A stretch of DNA of 32,970 nucleotides, the filler included, from an uncultured virus (IMG/VR IMGVR_UViG_2522125174_000001) (lineage: Duplodnaviria > Heunggongvirae > Uroviricota > Caudoviricetes). It is 6 parts of one record of this genome, joined end to end, with 100 filler letters (N's around TTAATTAATTAA, not from the genome) between each part and the next. Parts side by side here need not be neighbours in the genome. Positions count along the whole stretch, not along the records: positions 23,286 to 32,970 come from IMGVR_UViG_2522125174_000001; 5 more parts are not named here. The stretch is one strand, 5' to 3'. Positions 31,281 to 32,970 of this stretch are shown piece after piece; position 1 is the first letter of the stretch; each line of letters starts with the position of its first letter. The notes beneath the pieces are model-generated. The model was not told the origin of the DNA and searched no databases. It saw nothing but the letters and a program-made list of their open reading frames with translations. Both the position numbers and the translations under genes were made by a program.

Positions 31281-31345
31281 CTGAACGAAAGCCCACCGGA
31301 ACTTCGATTGCTGAGTTTGCCGAAGTGAATACATTACAAGCGCTC
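31281..31345 (+). pseudogene. Short degenerate Rz/Rz1 remnant
   Basis: GAAAGCCCACCGGAACTTCGATTGCTGAGTTTGCCGAAGTGAAT, homologous to 16735-16797 and 13159-13202. Confidence 0.7.
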
Positions 31346-31352
31346 TGATTCA

Positions 31353-31562
31353 GAGAGCCTGTCATTATTTTTGTGTGCGGGGAAGCCTCACCTAGAAATT
31401 ACAGTCTCATGCTAAAGAAACAGTAAATCGGTCGCCAAATAAGATGGCAAATTGAATTTTAGCTGCTCGCCATATAATCGGAGGCATTTTCCACTCCTTA
31501 GAGATATTGCGCACGGCTAAATAAATTAATTTAATAGCGGCTTGGTCGTTAGGGAAATGGCC
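31353..31562 (-). mobile_element. IS256-family right-end fragment (inverted)
   Basis: Minus strand encodes GHFPNDQAAIKLIYLAVRNISKEWKMPPIIWRAAKIQFAILFGDRF. Terminal GAGCCTGTCA…TTTTTGTGTGC resembles the end at 31563. Confidence 0.75.
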
Positions 31563-32970
31563 GAGGGTGTCAGCTTTTTTGTGTGCAAGAAGTCATATGA
31601 TAATGAAACTAATAAAAAGGGAAACATATGACGAAGATAGACAAAGGGATATTAGATAAATTTCTAGAGGGAATAGATCTGTCCAACCCTCAATCGATAT
31701 TCACGGAAAGCGGGTTGTTTGGTCAGCTTAAAAAGTCACTGGCCGAAAGGATATTGCAGGCTGAGTTAGAACATCATCTTGATCAAGAGCGCAGCACAGG
31801 AGAGATAAAGGGAAATCATAAAAATGGAAGTAGCAAGAAATCGGTCTTAGCGTCAGAGGACAAACTTGATTTGGACATACCACGAGATCGAGAGGGTAGC
31901 TTCAGTCCACAATTGATAGCGAAGCATCAGAGGCGATTGCCGGGCTTTGACGATAAAGTGATCTCGCTTTACGCACGAGGTTTACCGGTACGGGAGATCC
32001 AAGCCCATTTGACAGAGCTGTATGGCATAGAGGTATCGCACGATCTGATCTCCAAGATCACCTCAGAAGTCATGGATGAGGTAAGGGAATGGCAGAACCG
32101 GCCAATAGAGCCAATGTATCCGCTGGTATTTTTTGATGCGTTACGGGTCAAAATCCGGGATGAGGGCAGCGTTAAAAATAAAGCGGTCTATCTTGCCTTA
32201 GGTGTGCGGCCAGACGGAATCAAGGAAATTCTGGGTATTTGGATTGAACAAACCGAAGGGGCAAAATTCTGGTTGAGGGTCATGACGGAGCTTAAAAATC
32301 GGGGCCTGACTGACGTATTAATCGCGGTAGTGGATGGACTAAAAGGTTTCCCAGAAGCCATTACAGTGATGTGCTCCCCGAAAGTTGGACGGTGGATTAA
32401 GCAGCCTTTAAGGACTGATTTCTGTACTCTACAGGACTCAGTCCTTTTAATTTAATCTTGATTCGTTCATGGTTGTAATAGTGAATATATTCTTTCACTT
32501 GTCGTTCCAAATCATCAATTGAAGCGAACTGCTCACCATGAAAGCACTCTGACTTCAATAGACCAAAAAANNNNNNNNNNNNNNNNNNNNNNNNNNNNNN
32601 NNNNNNNNNNNNNNNNNNNNNNNNNNNNNNNNNNNNNNNNNNNNNNNNNNNNNNNNNNNNNNNNNNNNNNTATCCGCCGATTGCCTCAATTTGGCAGCGC
32701 CACTGGCAAGAAGTCATTCCCTTTTTTGCTTACCCGCAAGAGGTTCGTAAAGTCATTTATACAACCAATGCTATTGAGAGCCTACATATGCAGGTGCGTA
32801 AGGTGATTAAAAATCGAGGCCATTTCCCCAATGACCAAGCTGCCATTAAGTTGATTTATTTGGCTTTGCGAAATATCACTAAAGATTGGAAAATGCCACC
32901 TATCACATGGCGCTCTGCAAAAATTCAATTTGCCATCTTATTTGGCGAGCGTTTTACAGCTTCACTATAA
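31563..32970 (+). mobile_element. IS256-family element; transposase (ATG 31628) interrupted by an IS3-family insertion and a gap, C-terminal part at 32671-32970
   Basis: IPRDREGSF.PQLI, YPLVFFDALRVKIR, VDGLKGFPEAI and IYTTNAIESL motifs. Confidence 0.85.
32367..32570 (-). mobile_element. IS3-family (IS150-like) right end inserted in the IS256 transposase
   Basis: TGATGTGCTCCCCGAAAGTTGGAC end. Minus strand encodes FFGLLKSECF…EYIHYYNHERIKIKLKGLSPVEYR. Confidence 0.8.

Overview
The window holds the right-hand (tail/lysis) end of a contractile-tailed prophage, followed by a tandem stack of degenerate prophage right ends. 1-8917: sheath, tube, chaperone pair, tape measure, baseplate, tail fibre and fibre chaperone. 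8987-10254: endolysin, holin and an Rz-like gene with an embedded Rz1-like lipoprotein. After that a unit recurs: [3' end of the Rz/Rz1 gene, intact or remnant] - [large minus-strand NACHT + pentapeptide + WD40, i.e. NLR-like, gene] - [conserved att-like locus built on the 3' half of a tRNA-Ser(CGA)]. There are four different NLR-like genes, three att-like loci and five Rz ends. Three of the NLR-like proteins share a short N-terminal G/N/H-rich beta-type motif, a candidate amyloid/RHIM-like signal. The fourth carries TPR-like and TIR/SEFIR-like domains instead. Also present: a chimeric gene fusing a membrane/coiled-coil N-terminus to a tail-fibre tip, an integrase remnant, a second copy of the fibre-tip/lysis block, and IS2-, IS3-, IS66- and IS256-type elements. 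The gene style recalls endofungal Burkholderiaceae such as Mycoavidus, which is inference only. Caveat: five N-runs containing TTAATTAATTAA are artificial contig linkers, so adjacency across them is not proven. The key junctions of the repeated unit lie inside contigs.
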